NCBI RefSeq assembly: GCF_006345805.1
Contig: NC_042999.1
Coordinates: 28,830,001 to 28,894,000 of the forward strand
Direction of reading: 5' to 3'
DNA length: 64,000 nt
Source: Octopus sinensis
Lineage: Eukaryota
The position numbers and the translations under genes were made by a program. Positions 49,542-63,400 of the stretch are shown in pieces; position 1 is the first letter of the stretch, and each line of letters starts with the position of its first letter. A model generated the notes under the pieces. The model had not been told where the DNA came from. It searched no databases and saw only the letters and a list, made by a program, of their open reading frames with translations.

Positions 49542-50204
49542 CGTGTGTGTGCGTGTGTGTGTGTCTGTGTGTGTATGTGTGCGTATGTAGGTATATACAT
49601 ACAGACATAGCCTATTTTCATTTACTGAAAAAAAAAAACTTTTTCAATGCTTGTTTAATTCTAATATATTACAGATATTTATGTCCGTTTCTCGTGAAAT
49701 CTAAGTGAAGAGTACTTCAGTATTAAACAAGTTTATGATCCCACATCAGCGAAAAATACTTATGCCTTTTGTAACCCTGGGATACATATTATAACAAAAT
49801 TAGTACACTGGTACAAATACGCATACACATGGGTGTGGATCAGCGTTCGTACTTGTGTGTATGTGTGAGTATATGCATGCATGAGAAAAATATTTTATTT
49901 GATGCATAGTAATATAAGAATAAATACACAGAGCGCTTCTTATAACGCCAAGACTAAATTAATAATTTACTAATTTCTTATATATTTTGGTAATATTTGC
50001 CGTCTACAAATGAAAATCATATAGCGAATTATTAGAAGGCATACACTACCACATGTTCCCTTTGCTGGAATTATTAGCAGCAGTAATGGCGTATGTAGAA
50101 TTCGAAGTCTTAGAGGTAGTGACAGCTGGTGAAGAGTTGGGTGCAGTATTTGTTGTATTTGAAGGTAAAGTAGGAGTGTCATTGTTGATGATGATCATGG
50201 TAAT

Positions 50205-50428
50205 CTTATCTGTACTACCCACAAGGGGCTAAACACAGAGAGAACAAACAAGGACAGACAAACGGATTAAGTCGATTATATCGACTCCATTGCGTAACTG
50301 GTACTTATTTAATCGACCCCGAAAGGATGAAAGGCAAAATTTACCGCGGCGGAATTTGAACTCAGAACGTAACGGCAGACGAAATACTGCTAAGCATTTC
50401 GCCCGGCGTGCTAACGTTTCTGCCAGCT
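50205..50428 (-). mobile_element. SINE family B, single unit
   Basis: Same modules as 26328-26947. Confidence 0.88.
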
Positions 50429-51289
50429 CAGATCATGGTAATGGCAGACAAAATGTTGGTCCAGGTAATAGTCTCAATAGTAACAGCTGAAGCGGCAGTA
50501 TTTCTAACAGCAGCTGCAGTGACAATAGTGTCAGTAGTAATAATGTCCGAATCAGTAGCCATGGACGTAGCAGCCGTAGAAACATTAGTGACAAGCGTGA
50601 TAACAGTGGTGGTGTTTACCAGTCAAGTATTGGTCTAACTTATATAGACCATTAATTTTATGTTCATGTCTTATAATGGCCGTAAATGATTTGATCCGCA
50701 AATTGCCGTTGTTTCACTCTCTGGAGAAGATATTAGTGGATGCATATACGAGGTCTCGTCATAAAGTAATGCAATTTTATATACATTACTTTTTGACTCG
50801 TCTTCCTATATTTACTTTTGAAAGGATTGTGAAAAATTACTTATATAAACCGTCTCCTAAACCTACCAATACAAAAGGATTTAACTATTACTTCACTGCT
50901 GCATCTAGTATTAAATCTACAGCTGCTGTGGACACTACTACTATTAAAGATAGTTACAAATCGACCATTGCTGCTTTGGCTACTACAGTGGTAGCTACTA
51001 CTGCGACAGTGTAGGCTAGTTACGGAACTAATATTACGTGAAGTACTGTCGATACTTCCGCTTACCTAAACACATGACTATCTCCGTTTGAAATAATTAT
51101 TGAAATGCTCTTCTTCTGAAGTTGCATGACTCAACCTATATCTACAAATATAACGTGCATATACATAGCTATACATGTAGCTTAGATATATATGTATATA
51201 TATACATACATACAAATATATCGATCCATTTATATACATATGTGCTGTGATGTGTTTGTGTATTATCCACATACATGCATACAAATACA

Positions 51290-51640
51290 TATGTTTTCTG
51301 CAACGCCGTCGTGAGCGAGATATTATTTTCGTCTTGTGGAAAATATTCTACCAGCATTATTCCAATGATATCGGTATTATGTTTACAATTCACCCAAAAC
51401 TGGGCCCCTGTGCAATGCGTTCCCGGCAAAGGTCGAAATCACATCACATAAAAACCTTGCGACACAATTTCTTCACTGCAAATGGTCCTGCTCCTTTCGA
51501 TGTTATCCCGAAAGAAATTAAAGTAGAAAGAGACACCACAAATTTCAAATGGTACCTGGGCAAATTCCTCTACACCAGGACACGTCTCAGCCAACCACAA
51601 CTCTCTGCCTGGGTGGTGCATTTTGTGTCGGAATGATTAG
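51290..51640 (+). mobile_element. CR1/L2-type LINE 3' remnant
   Basis: LQRRRERDIIFVLWKI...TLRHNFFTANGPAPFDVIPKEI...NFK.YLGKFL, then frameshifted TPGHVSANHNSL. Confidence 0.72.
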
Positions 51641-51834
51641 TCAAATTATTTTCCCAGGTGGTGCTGTTAAGTTAGACATAACCTTGGTCAATAATGGCCA
51701 AAACCATTCTAAGTTATCGAATTTAAGTATAGACACATGACAGAAGTAAATAGACACTTATAGACGTTAAAGGCTATTTAAATCTGAAATCATACATTCA
51801 AAATATTTGTTAGTTATTATAAAGTGAATATCTA

Positions 51835-52790
51835 ATACTTAGTAGAGATGAACTTTGCAATTTTCAGTGCAAGGACCCTATTAGGCATGCAACTGATCAG
51901 GTGACGAATATTCTTTTCATGACATGTTTCATGCAGTCAAGGAGGATGGTTTCTTGTTCTTTTTACGATGTAACCTCTCCATTATGCCCAAGAGGGTCCA
52001 GTTGGGTTCATATTGGGTGAGTTGTTTGGCCATGGAAGCCTCTAATGTCATTCTCTTCCGAACAATCTTGGGTCTTTTTATCTGTATGACAAGGGGCTCC
52101 GTCTTCCATAAAGAGAGTCTTCTTTGACCATTTCACCACTGGAAAAGATTAGGTGTCCTTTCTTCAATATGGACATATATTTATCTCAATTTGTTTCCGT
52201 CACATTCAACCAGCTGTGATTGACCATTGCTCCAAATTGCTCTCCAGAACATCACAAAATAGCCACCATATTTCATTGTTGGCTGCAATGTTTTCTCATA
52301 AATTTCATGATTGCAGAGACAATAGACACACATTCGGCAACTCTCAGGAAATACAGCAAGTCGAGACACATCAGAGAATATGACAGTGTCCCAAAATGCT
52401 AGTGAACCCTTCCTTCGCATCACATTGGCTGCTTGAAGAAGTGGATTCTTTCTTGCTGCTATGCCATAGCAGACAAGCTTGTGAAGATACCTGACAACTG
52501 TTCCAGGACTGATATCCATATATTTTGCTATGTAAAAGGTCTTACAACGTGGATTATCCTCCACAATTCTCTTAACAAAGTGAAGGGTCCTGTCAGAAGG
52601 CCCTGGTCGACCTGGGCAAAGAGATGTGGATTCCTTCCCCCTTGATTTTAATTGCACAATCGCTCTATTAACTGTAGAATGTTGGATCCGAGTGTTTTCT
52701 GCGATTTTACATTGACTAACTCCACCTTTGGATTGACCCACAATACGGCCTCTTTGAAATTCGGACATTTCCAAGTCTCCCTTTGTAAGT
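51835..52790 (-). mobile_element. Tc1-family (DD34E-type) transposon remnant
   Basis: ORF 52181-52774 EMSEFQRGRIVG...GRP...ARKNPLL...WDTVIFSDVSR...PTMKYGG..VMFW; frameshifted FMEDGAPCH, WPNNSPNMNP and SCMPNRVLA; TIRs not identified. Confidence 0.88.
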
Positions 52791-55700
52791 AGGTTGATTA
52801 AACAGTCACTTATAAATCTTGAAGCACGAAAATGCCAATTAATAAATAATATAACCCTTCACAAGTTAAAATAAACATAACACGACGTGTCTATGTATCT
52901 AAGTATGTATGTGTGCGTGTGTGAAGCTACATAGGTTTATATTTAATTTTATCGTATCATTAAGTGACAGTTGAATTTATTATTTAAGGTGATGGTATTT
53001 CGCTGACCAATAGAAAAGAATCATAATTCTGTTGAGAGTTGCATCGCCTAGACTAGTACCAGTCAGAACTGACTTAGATAGAGAAAACGGATTTATACAC
53101 TTTGTTTTCGTAGAAATTAATTGCCAAGGAAAAACTTTGATATGCTGTGATTGTGTTTCCTCTTAAGTTTCTTTTTACCTTACGAAAACAAAATAATCAT
53201 ATAATTCTTCTTGTCACACTGTAAAATATTCATAAGCGAATATATAAATTTAAAGCAAAATGAAGTTAAACTAAGTGGGTTGGAAGTTATCATATGATTC
53301 AAAGCTTCCACTATTCAATGTGTAGCAATTTTTATGACCACTTTCGGCGGCACCAAGCAGTTAAACAAACGGATGATGAAAAGAATACCTTTATGGTAAA
53401 CCATTGGTTCCAAAACTCTTACGGACTCCCGCACACTTGGTTCCACGTCACATCCCTGCTCCTCAACTACGTAACCATAATCATAGATATTCTTTTACTG
53501 CTTATCCAAAAGAACTGCATTTCACAACTAAAACTTGTCCTACTTAACTTATTGTTTTGCTATTTTTAAAATATGAAAGAGCAAATTTACATATCCATTA
53601 CAACTACGTTTTTTGCATATCTTTATTGCGATCGATGTACATAGTGCAGGGATATCAACTTCCCAACATTGGGTTGAAAGACACAACGAAGATGTCTTAG
53701 ATTCGTGAGTTAAATCATTTTCAGCCTGGTTTTACTTCGCTTAGAACGGAGCTCGGCATCAGTACTGAAACTTTACCCTTCCGAAAATTACATTGAGAAG
53801 GTAATAAATTACATCACTTTTTCCACACTGTAGTGTTGCAGTCAGAAAAGTTTTTAAAACATTTGTTTTGCAATCGGAGGCCTTGATACGATCTTTTGAA
53901 CGCTTTCCTCAACTCAAAAACATTTTAAAGTGAAACCTGTTCATCCTTCATTAATCTTGTCCCCTCATTACTTGCATCTAGGAATCCGAGAATGGTATTT
54001 CATGCAGAAATAAATACTTTGAATTCCCCAGCAATACGCACTACGTTCAGGTTTGCTTATGATGTCAAGACTATGATGTCAGCCTTACTGATCATTGCTT
54101 AGGCTGGCTAGATCGTAGGGGGAAGTTGCTTTCTTTTTATTTTTACTTATTCCATGAAATGAAGTTCACGTGCGACAGTATCATGATGGCATTATATTTG
54201 CTGTGCCAATTTCCTAGTAGATTGACGAGAATACTTGTTGGATGAGCCCGTTTAATTGATCTACGTTGTAATCGGCCTATGTGCAGAGTCTGTGATATTG
54301 AATTAGCCCCTCCTACAAGCCTAAAGATTGTTTCTTTGCAGTTCTGTCAGTAATAGTGCTTTCTCTGTACATAATACAAATGTCTCGGGCGGATTTGCCA
54401 GATCAAGAACATTGATTCTAAGCAGCGAGAGGCGGGTGGTTTAAATGCTCATTTACCTGCTACTCGACTGCATTATATGTTTGAAAAGAGGTAAAATGCA
54501 TTCATATTTCAAAGAGAAACAAAAGTGTTACAAAAAAGATTATAGCTAAGAAATATATATAAAACACTATAATAGAAGTATTTTTCGCGTGAATTGAAAA
54601 AATATTGGAAAGAAACGAACAAGTCATATATGCATGGCATTTTGCTAGCGTGAGTGTATGTTAGGGTATTTGTATTTGTGTATAGCTCTTTGTATGTTTT
54701 TGTGTATTGTGTGTTCTTTACATAAGATTTTTTCCTTCCTGATTTCTGTAAGTGGACTTATGCCAGCGTGGAGCACTTCTTTGACAGGTTCTAGACGGTT
54801 CTATTCTCTCAAATAGTTTTTCTAGTCTTGCTTTTCTGGCGATGAACATACCAGCGAATGGCACGCAAGAGTTTGCGTTTGTGTGTGAGAGAGAAGGATA
54901 GAGGAGAGATATACATATATGCACACAGACAGGCAGACACATAGACAGTAACTTACTGTTGCAACTCAAATGCGTGGTAGGTAGGCAGCAAATTCTATTT
55001 AAATAATACTTAGCTTTTTCGAGAGAATTTACCAGTTTATCATTAGTAAATAAACGTCAATTAAAATAGTTCATGATGCACATTTAGAGACGCATTTGTT
55101 AAATTTCTCGGGGATGTAGCGTTGCAGTTTGGATATGTTTTATGTCCTTCACTGCGCCGTCTATTGATACGTCTCGCCGAATACCATATTGCGCATTGTC
55201 ATACAGCTGTTAACTTGAGCGGCAAAATATACAAAAGCAGGAAGCAAATTCCCATGCGAAGAGAACGCCATACCAATTTATTATTAGTAAATATCGCAAA
55301 TATGAGATATAATAAGTGATGGTGCATCAGCTGTTATTGATTTATTCATCATCGTGGATACATAACAATGCAACAATCATTATTCAATAACACTGATGTT
55401 TCTTTATCAATTCTGTGTTCGGAACATTCAACCAGAGACGTCAGGTGAAACATTTGCACATGGAGATGTTGTGTAGCCCAATATCCTATTTTTTTGCTAT
55501 TTTTGTTATGTTATTGTTGTTGCTGTTGTTGCTGTTACTGTTGCTACGGCTCTTGTTCCTGTAAAAAGAGTGCAGTTTAGAATGTGAGCATTCCTGTTGG
55601 TATTAGCGGAGAAGCAATCTAACATCTGGTGACTGTTCAAGGAACTAATTTTATACAAATACAGTTGCTTAGTAACTGGCCTTCACAGCTGCTGATGTGA

Positions 55701-55982
55701 GTGGAGCATGACGCTGCCAGAGAATGTCAGTCAAGGTAAGCAAGATTCTTCTCTGGGAGACCAACAAAACAGCATATTTATTTATTTGTTAATTCTACGT
55801 GTTTATTATTCAACAATTGTACTTGTTTGTATATGTTTCGTCAGAATTTTCCTGCCACTTTACAATTTTCCTATCAAGCTTATATTATTACCATTTTACT
55901 ACTTTAGTGTCAAGCTTATATATGAGCGAAAACTCAATATGAAAATAAAAATAAATGAAACTAAAGAAAATACACCCACTAA

Positions 55983-56017
<35 letters not shown>

Positions 56018-56041
56018 CCCATATAAGTAGATATATAGATA

Positions 56042-56116
<75 letters not shown>

Positions 56117-56136
56117 TTATATAGATATGTACATAT

Positions 56137-56206
<70 letters not shown>

Positions 56207-56212
<6 letters not shown>

Positions 56213-56548
56213 ATGTTACATTACTCGGTAGTCAAGATAAAACTCTGAGTTTCAGATGCCGAAGTGGAAATCCACAACACCATCTCTTCGGTTATCTGGC
56301 TATTTGAAAACGTTATGAAAAAATACCGTTAAAAATGAAGGGAAATTTTTTAACGGTATTTTTTCATAACGTTTTCAAATAGCCAGATAACCGAAGAGAT
56401 GGTGTTGTGGATTTCCACTTCGGCATCTGAAACTCAGAGTTTTATCTTTACTACCGAGTAATGTAACATATTGTATAGATACATTTCCTCTATTTACATA
56501 ATATTGAGGTCTCTTTCTTTCTTTTGTTATCTTACCGTTTTATCAATA
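56207..56548. mobile_element. Family P fold-back element with near-perfect 129-bp arms, hammerhead-like motif on both strands and a one-sided tail
   Basis: 56207-56335 vs 56347-56475 are reverse complements with one visible mismatch; tail 56476-56548; (TA)n on both flanks. Confidence 0.9.
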
Positions 56549-56551
56549 TAT

Positions 56552-56607
<56 letters not shown>

Positions 56608-57179
56608 TATATATGTGTGTATATTAGCAAACGCACACCTCCTTTGGACAGTTTAACATATAAATAAATAATAAATTTTAGAATGTGAAAACAGCTAAAC
56701 AATATTCTGTAATGCAAATATAGATTTAAAAATATGGAAAACTGTCGAAATAACTAGACAAATCCTTACATTTTTATAATATGCTCTAACCAAATCCCTC
56801 AAACAATATACACCAATACACATATAAAAATTATGGAAAGTAATGATTCACATTTACAACACACAAATAAATAATAAATCAAACATGTGTGAAAACCACT
56901 AAAATATATTTTCTAATGCCAATACACGACCTTATAGATTAAAAATGTCTGGAAGACCCTACATACGCAAAAACTATGTACATGCAACGAATTAGACATA
57001 TCCCATGTAAACCCCGTTTTTTCCCGGTTTGTCTAGTTACGCGAGGGCTCTGGGTAGAATGTTATAGTGCTTTACCATACTTGGCACGTAAGTATTGTGT
57101 GTGTAAAGTTTGCTGGCAATCGGTTGAGAATCGTGGAAATGTATGTTTTAGTCAATATACACAGGCATCTTGGGATTTA

Positions 57180-57210
<31 letters not shown>

Positions 57211-57212
<2 letters not shown>

Positions 57213-57482
57213 CTGTAAAATAATATGTGACAATTATTCAATAGCCAAGATAAAACTCTGAGTTTCGGACGTCAAGGTGGGAATGCACAACACCATCTCT
57301 TCGGTTATCTGGCCAAATAACTGAAGAGATGGCGTTATGGATTTCCACCTCGGCATCCGAAACTCAGAGTTTTATATTGGCTATTGAATAATTGTCACAT
57401 ATTATTTAACAGATAAATTTCCTCTATTTACATAATATTGAGGTCTCTCTCTTTCTTTTGTTATCTTACCATTTTTACCAAT
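57211..57482. mobile_element. Family P fold-back element with 102-bp arms and no spacer
   Basis: 57211-57312 vs 57313-57414, centred on GGCC; tail 57415-57482; (TA)n on both flanks. Confidence 0.9.
57312..57381 (+). ncRNA. Type I hammerhead ribozyme-like motif
   Basis: Stem I GCCAAATAA/TTAT-A-TTGGC, CTGAAGA (57321-57327), stem II GATG/CATC, extra C, GAAA (57359-57362), stem III ACTC-A-GAGT, predicted cleavage after U57371. Confidence 0.7.
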
Positions 57483-60400
57483 ATATATATATATATATAT
57501 ATATTGTAATTTTAGAAAAATAGACAGTACGTATAATTAGAACTCCTAACAGCTATATATATTGAGAATACAATAGAATACATTATATAAATCTAACTTT
57601 CATCCAGTCAATAAAGTCATCATACATTAGTCTTTGAATTTAAATCAGGACCAGAGAGACCATATATGACTAAACGGAGAAACAAGGACATCCGCAAACA
57701 ATCCACGCATCAGCCAAACGTTTGTATTCTTCATTCTTCTTGCAACACTTCAGTTGTGGTACTCCTATTATTTCACCAATGAATTAGTTTGTGCATGAAT
57801 ATATGTTTTAAAAGTAAGTATATTTACATGTTGAAACGTCGTCATCTTCCCGATTTTGTCCACTGGATCTAGTTTTGTGGCTTCCATTTTTGATGCAAAG
57901 TTCTTTTCAACAATACTCTCCTTAGTTCGCTGTTCCGTACAAGTAATAAGGAGTACCAATTCTATAAAATGTAATTCTGAAGGTCATGAATGTTTTTCTC
58001 GATTTTAGTCGATCTTATATTTCATGTAAATCAATTCAAGAGATAGACAATTAGGAATGACTTCTCATATAACTTCAGAAATGATAACGGATTTAAACAT
58101 GAAATACAAATTATAGAGACAAATTTATAATGAAATTTAACAAAGAAGAGAGGCATATAACAAAGGACTTTGAGAGGAGACTGCTTATTTTGAATGTAAA
58201 AAATAGAACAGATAGCTTGAAACAGATTGCTTAAAACATAAATGATAGAAAATAACGTAACATATATGATGTAGAACGCGGAAATGTAATAGGTTTCTGT
58301 TTCGTTGAAACAGTTTGATTGTAAAATATTGTATATGTTGAGAGTTAATTACCAGATACATCGCGTTTCTAAATCCTCTGTAGTTTCCAAATAGTTATAA
58401 GAAACTGTGAAATGAACATTTGGACATACTCACTATACTGTGATTGACAAATCTAATGAGCTGCAATTTTGCGTTGAAGAAATCTTCATTAACGCGTACT
58501 TGTAGAATAGTATATTTTAATTATTACAACACGTACAGTTGAAACGCTGGGCGTTTTTAGATTTCACCAGAGATGCTTGTTATCAGAATGTGGTTAGGGA
58601 ATCCCTCTCCAGAATTATATTTATTGTACAAAATTAGGATTCAACTATTTATATATTTTAGATTCGATCCGACAAACAGGGGTCATACAAGTCATCAAAA
58701 TTTTCGACAGGCTAATTGTCTTTTGCTTTATTTTAACCATTACTATACTGCATTTTATTTCCGTTCGCTATCTTTCTCCCTCTTTCCCTCACCTTTTTTT
58801 CTATCCTTTTCTCTGTCTTCGTCTACTTCTTTCTCTCTCTCTCTCTCTCGCTCTTTCACCATTCCATTCCCGTCTAAATAATTATAATTCATCGAATTCA
58901 AAGACGTTTCACTCAACATTGCAAATCATTTAACAGAACTCTTTTACAAATATTTCGAAAATGCTACTCGATAATGTTTTATGCCTATTGTTATTATACA
59001 TAATAATAATACCTATGTCCTGCAGGTCAACGAAGATACCATTTTCGTCATTTGTTTCATCTCTTCAATACTATAAAATAAATATTTAAAGTATAGTTTG
59101 TTGTTTTGCAGTTAAGTAAGAAACAGAAAACTTCTATATACATACACGACAAATCAGAAAATTGCTTTTATCATCAGCTGGAGCGTTAATGAAATTAGTT
59201 GTGAGAGTATACGTGGAAATTTCAGGTGAATCCTATTCATCTTGTTATTATTTAAGTAGGTCTACACAGCAGTGTTTATACATTCCTCTAGGTATCCGTT
59301 TTTGTCTTTCATTTACTTCACCATTCTGACTTTAGATGTCTAATATATTCACAGAAAACGATAGTTAAATGTAATATCATTGTTTTATATATATTGGCAC
59401 AAATCCAAAACCTGATACTTAAATAGTCAATACCACCGAGACCATTTTTAGACCAGTATATTATTAAAGAGACTCCGAAAATAGATCGGGGTGACATTAA
59501 ATTTATTAGGACATATTTTGTCCCTTTAACGATCCTGTCAATTCACCATCCTTCCAAGCATTAATGTAAAAGCAATTCCTCTGTGACATTACAATCCCTT
59601 CTATATACGCAAATGCTACCATATCTACATTTGTAAAGTGTGCTTTCAGTATGCTACATTAAAGTCAAATATGCACATTGCAATTGGGAATATTCAAATT
59701 GCCTTGAGTTTGCAGCCCATTCAGAAAGTAATCGTGTTAATAAAAAACCGTTCGATAATGCGTTGGTATATATCTTGGCAAGATATGAAATAGAAAAAAT
59801 ATTCAAAACGTATTATTCCTAATATCGATGTCAATGAAGTTATTATATGCATAACCTTTTATCTGATTTAGAAAACTGTTGTAATTTATATTTTAAATAG
59901 GAAAACTGCAATTTCAGCTATGAATTTGATATTGACATTTTCCTTTCGAAAATAAAGATAACATAATTTGATACAGCAAACTTAAATATGGCCAAAAGGA
60001 TTGTGTTATCTGTACGAATGTTTGCTTACAGAATAGAGCTTATATAGCATGCAGAGTGAGATATTTCAATATTATGCGCGTTAGTTTTGCAGGCATGTAT
60101 CAAATGTAATGAAATTGTATATAAATAAAAAGTTTACATATTCGATAAATATGAAGGCAGTGATTTATCAGCCCATTATATCTGCGTTTCATTTATGAAC
60201 TGATTAGTTTTTTTCTAAGTAGTACAGCGTATTTTGCCATATAATACCGAATCACTATCTTTGTTTATCATCTGTTGTGTTTGATCATAATATCATATTA
60301 AGCGTAAACGTCATTCTTATCTATTATATTTATTTATGCCATTCGTTTATTATGTTGATGTGTGAAATGTATTTGTTACATATATTTTTTGCTCACAGAA

Positions 60401-63400
60401 ACAATATTTGGTTGCGAATCATACTATTTATTTCCACTAAGTAAACAACCGAAATTACGAATTTTTGAACTTTATGATTTTACTTCAAAAGATTTTCAAT
60501 GACATTTAAAAAAGTTTTGACACTGTTATCTTCTGCCACGCATTACATCGTGATACATTTATTCAGAAATAATTTCTTGGTAGAATTCGAAAGATTGCAT
60601 TGATAAGGCAATGTGTCATTTACTGCTCTTTCGCCATGTTTGCAAGATAAACGTATCAATTATAGATAATGCAGAACACCTTATTTCTCAAACACAAATC
60701 AAGCGAAGATATACCTGGGAATATATCTGGTCCACATGCATATACAAAACATTTACACACACACACACTCACACACTCACACATGCATTAACATGTAGCT
60801 GACAGCTATCTTTTGTGAAGCTACTGCAAATATTTTCAGTCCTTGATATATAATAAATGGAAGGAATATCTCAGTAGAAGATAAATCAATAGCTATGTAA
60901 CATACAGAAACAGTATTCACACAGATATGTAAACTAATTTACGGATACTAAATTTAGTTATAGACGACTGTAGACAACCTAATTGCAGTTTGGTGATTAA
61001 CTAAAAAATATTTGAGTTTACACGAATGCCAGACAATTCTACGAAAAGCAAAAAATATAATCTGGAAACATTTTCATCAAAGAAGATTCAGGCTAGACAT
61101 TTTAAGCACATGTATATACTCACAAGCTTCCACGTTTAATTGGATGACAGAATTAAATAAACTAATGTGTTTTAGTTGTTCCTTTATGACATGTCCTTTG
61201 CTAAATTCTAATGAACGTCTGTGTAATTGCTGAGGTAGTTTACATGTGTAGTTAATATTTGGGATTTGCAGGACTTATTCATTTTCACATACATTTCAGA
61301 CAACGAGATACAAATAGACAGCATTTATAAACGGCATTCCTTTACAATAAGTGTAGGTAAACTAATACATAATAAATAACTTAAATCGCTGTACAATTTT
61401 AATACAACTAGGGATAAAATTGTTAATCATTTCTAACAATTCTATAGAAAAGATTTATCTCAAGATTTTGAAGTAAATAATTAAGCAAAGCCGTGCATAA
61501 TTTAGAATTTTTATTTGTAGCCGTAGAAGCAGAACATTTTACATTTCAGTAATTTATTAGCCTATTATCTGTTGTTATATATACCTTCTCTACAATGGCT
61601 AAAATTTATGATACAGTTACGTATGTGTGCTTTTGCTGCATCTGCGTGATTTTGTTCTCAATGATGCAGTTGATGTTCTTGATTATTCTTGTTATTGTTG
61701 CCTAACACTAAGTAGGACAGAATCGATGGAACTTACAAATTATTTCATTCAAGCCATTGCGAGCTTACCAATTGAAGGTAGTTGGATGTGATTTGATGAA
61801 ACATTGACTCTATTCCTTGTAGTTAAGCGATTAGGAAGAGACTCACCCTCTAAAACATATGTTTACACATACATACACAAACACACACACACACACTGTC
61901 CCATAGCAGATAATTTACTTTGGAGAATATAATTCACGAATCGCGGTGAAACTATGACTAAATGATGAAGGACCAAATAGTGCTTTTAAGCCAAGAATTC
62001 AGCCAATTCAGATAGAATTATGCGTGAAGTCTTCTACGAAATTCTCGATCCTGTTTATGACCAGGAAACAAACTGTCTATCCCTACAAATATAGGATGGT
62101 AACATTACGAACTGCTTCGTCATATATCCGGGGAAACGGAGCAATGACCGTAATATCTATTGCAACGAGAATGGCAGCCAAAATGATTGGTAACTAAATA
62201 TAATACAATAATAGTAACGTGTAGTAAGTATATAAATATAAGTTGAGAAATATCATAGAAACAAATTTCATGAGATTAATTTTTCCATTGCGATGCCTTT
62301 CTTATTTTTTCCTCTTCCATTATAATTCACAATACTTATCGGAGAAATAATTTCATCGCATCACATTTAATTCAAGATAAAAGTAGGTATTTTTTCATTT
62401 AATAAATTAGCATTATTATTAATATTTCATATTATGAAAAGTATTGAAATAAAATAATTACTTCCAAACCATAAAATTCATATTATTCTATACGCGACAC
62501 AAAGATTTGTTTTATTATGGCGTTCATATATAGAAGCTAATATTACCTCGAGGATATACACGAATTATTATTGTCACAGGCAGTTCAGTTTATGGAAAAT
62601 TAAGAGAATATTCTGACGAATTATATTCCAAAATATAATGAAAAGAATAGAAAATATAAGTATCTAATATATAAGCGTTATTTCGAATACTCAAAAAATA
62701 AATTGAAAAACTAACACAAATTGAGTGAGGGAAATTGAGCTAAATTTATATCGCCTAAAATATTCTGTCCTTTTAAGAAATCCCAAAGCGAAATAACTTT
62801 TCCCTAGGAAATATTGCAAATTGATAATGGTATCTCTTTGAATTACCTGCAAATCAACTTATATTTTTAATATTATATGGGAGGATAAACATTACTGTCG
62901 ACACTATATTTCACTAACTTTCGGATGTATATTATATGTTATTATTTTGATATTTCCAGGCATTAGAATTCAGATACGTTAAATATTAATTGCAAATGGA
63001 AAACACAGTAAGTTAATAAGAACGCGCATTTTCCGCCCCACCGTTGCCCGTCTCACATTTCCCTCTCAGCTACCAACCCTCCATCCTGCCCCTTTAACGT
63101 TCCTTCATCATTCTCTCAGACGCGCTATTTATCGTATTAAAGGTCTCTTAAAAAAAGTTTGGAACAAGCTTTCTTTCTGGTTTTCCAGACTTTAATACTT
63201 AATTGCCTTCGTATTTCAAGACATTGCTCCTCGTATCATGCAGACATCTACGTCATTCACGTTTATTTATATAAAGGTAAGTACAAAGCATGTGTATCCA
63301 TTACATTCATATGTATCTATTAATTTCCTTTCCTATGTTTATGCAATTTTTCAAAACAATGAAGTGAAGCTCGTCCAATTCATTCAGTGAATAATAGCTC

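Noticed and set aside
50408-51014. Thr/Ala/Val-rich mucin-like ORFs
   Set aside because: Degenerate trinucleotide (GTA/CTA/CAG) low-complexity sequence next to a SINE; no splice or homology support.
53428-53471. Possible 44-bp minus-strand exon (TAG|...|GTAAGA)
   Set aside because: Weak polypyrimidine tract and no homology; such matches are expected by chance in 64 kb.
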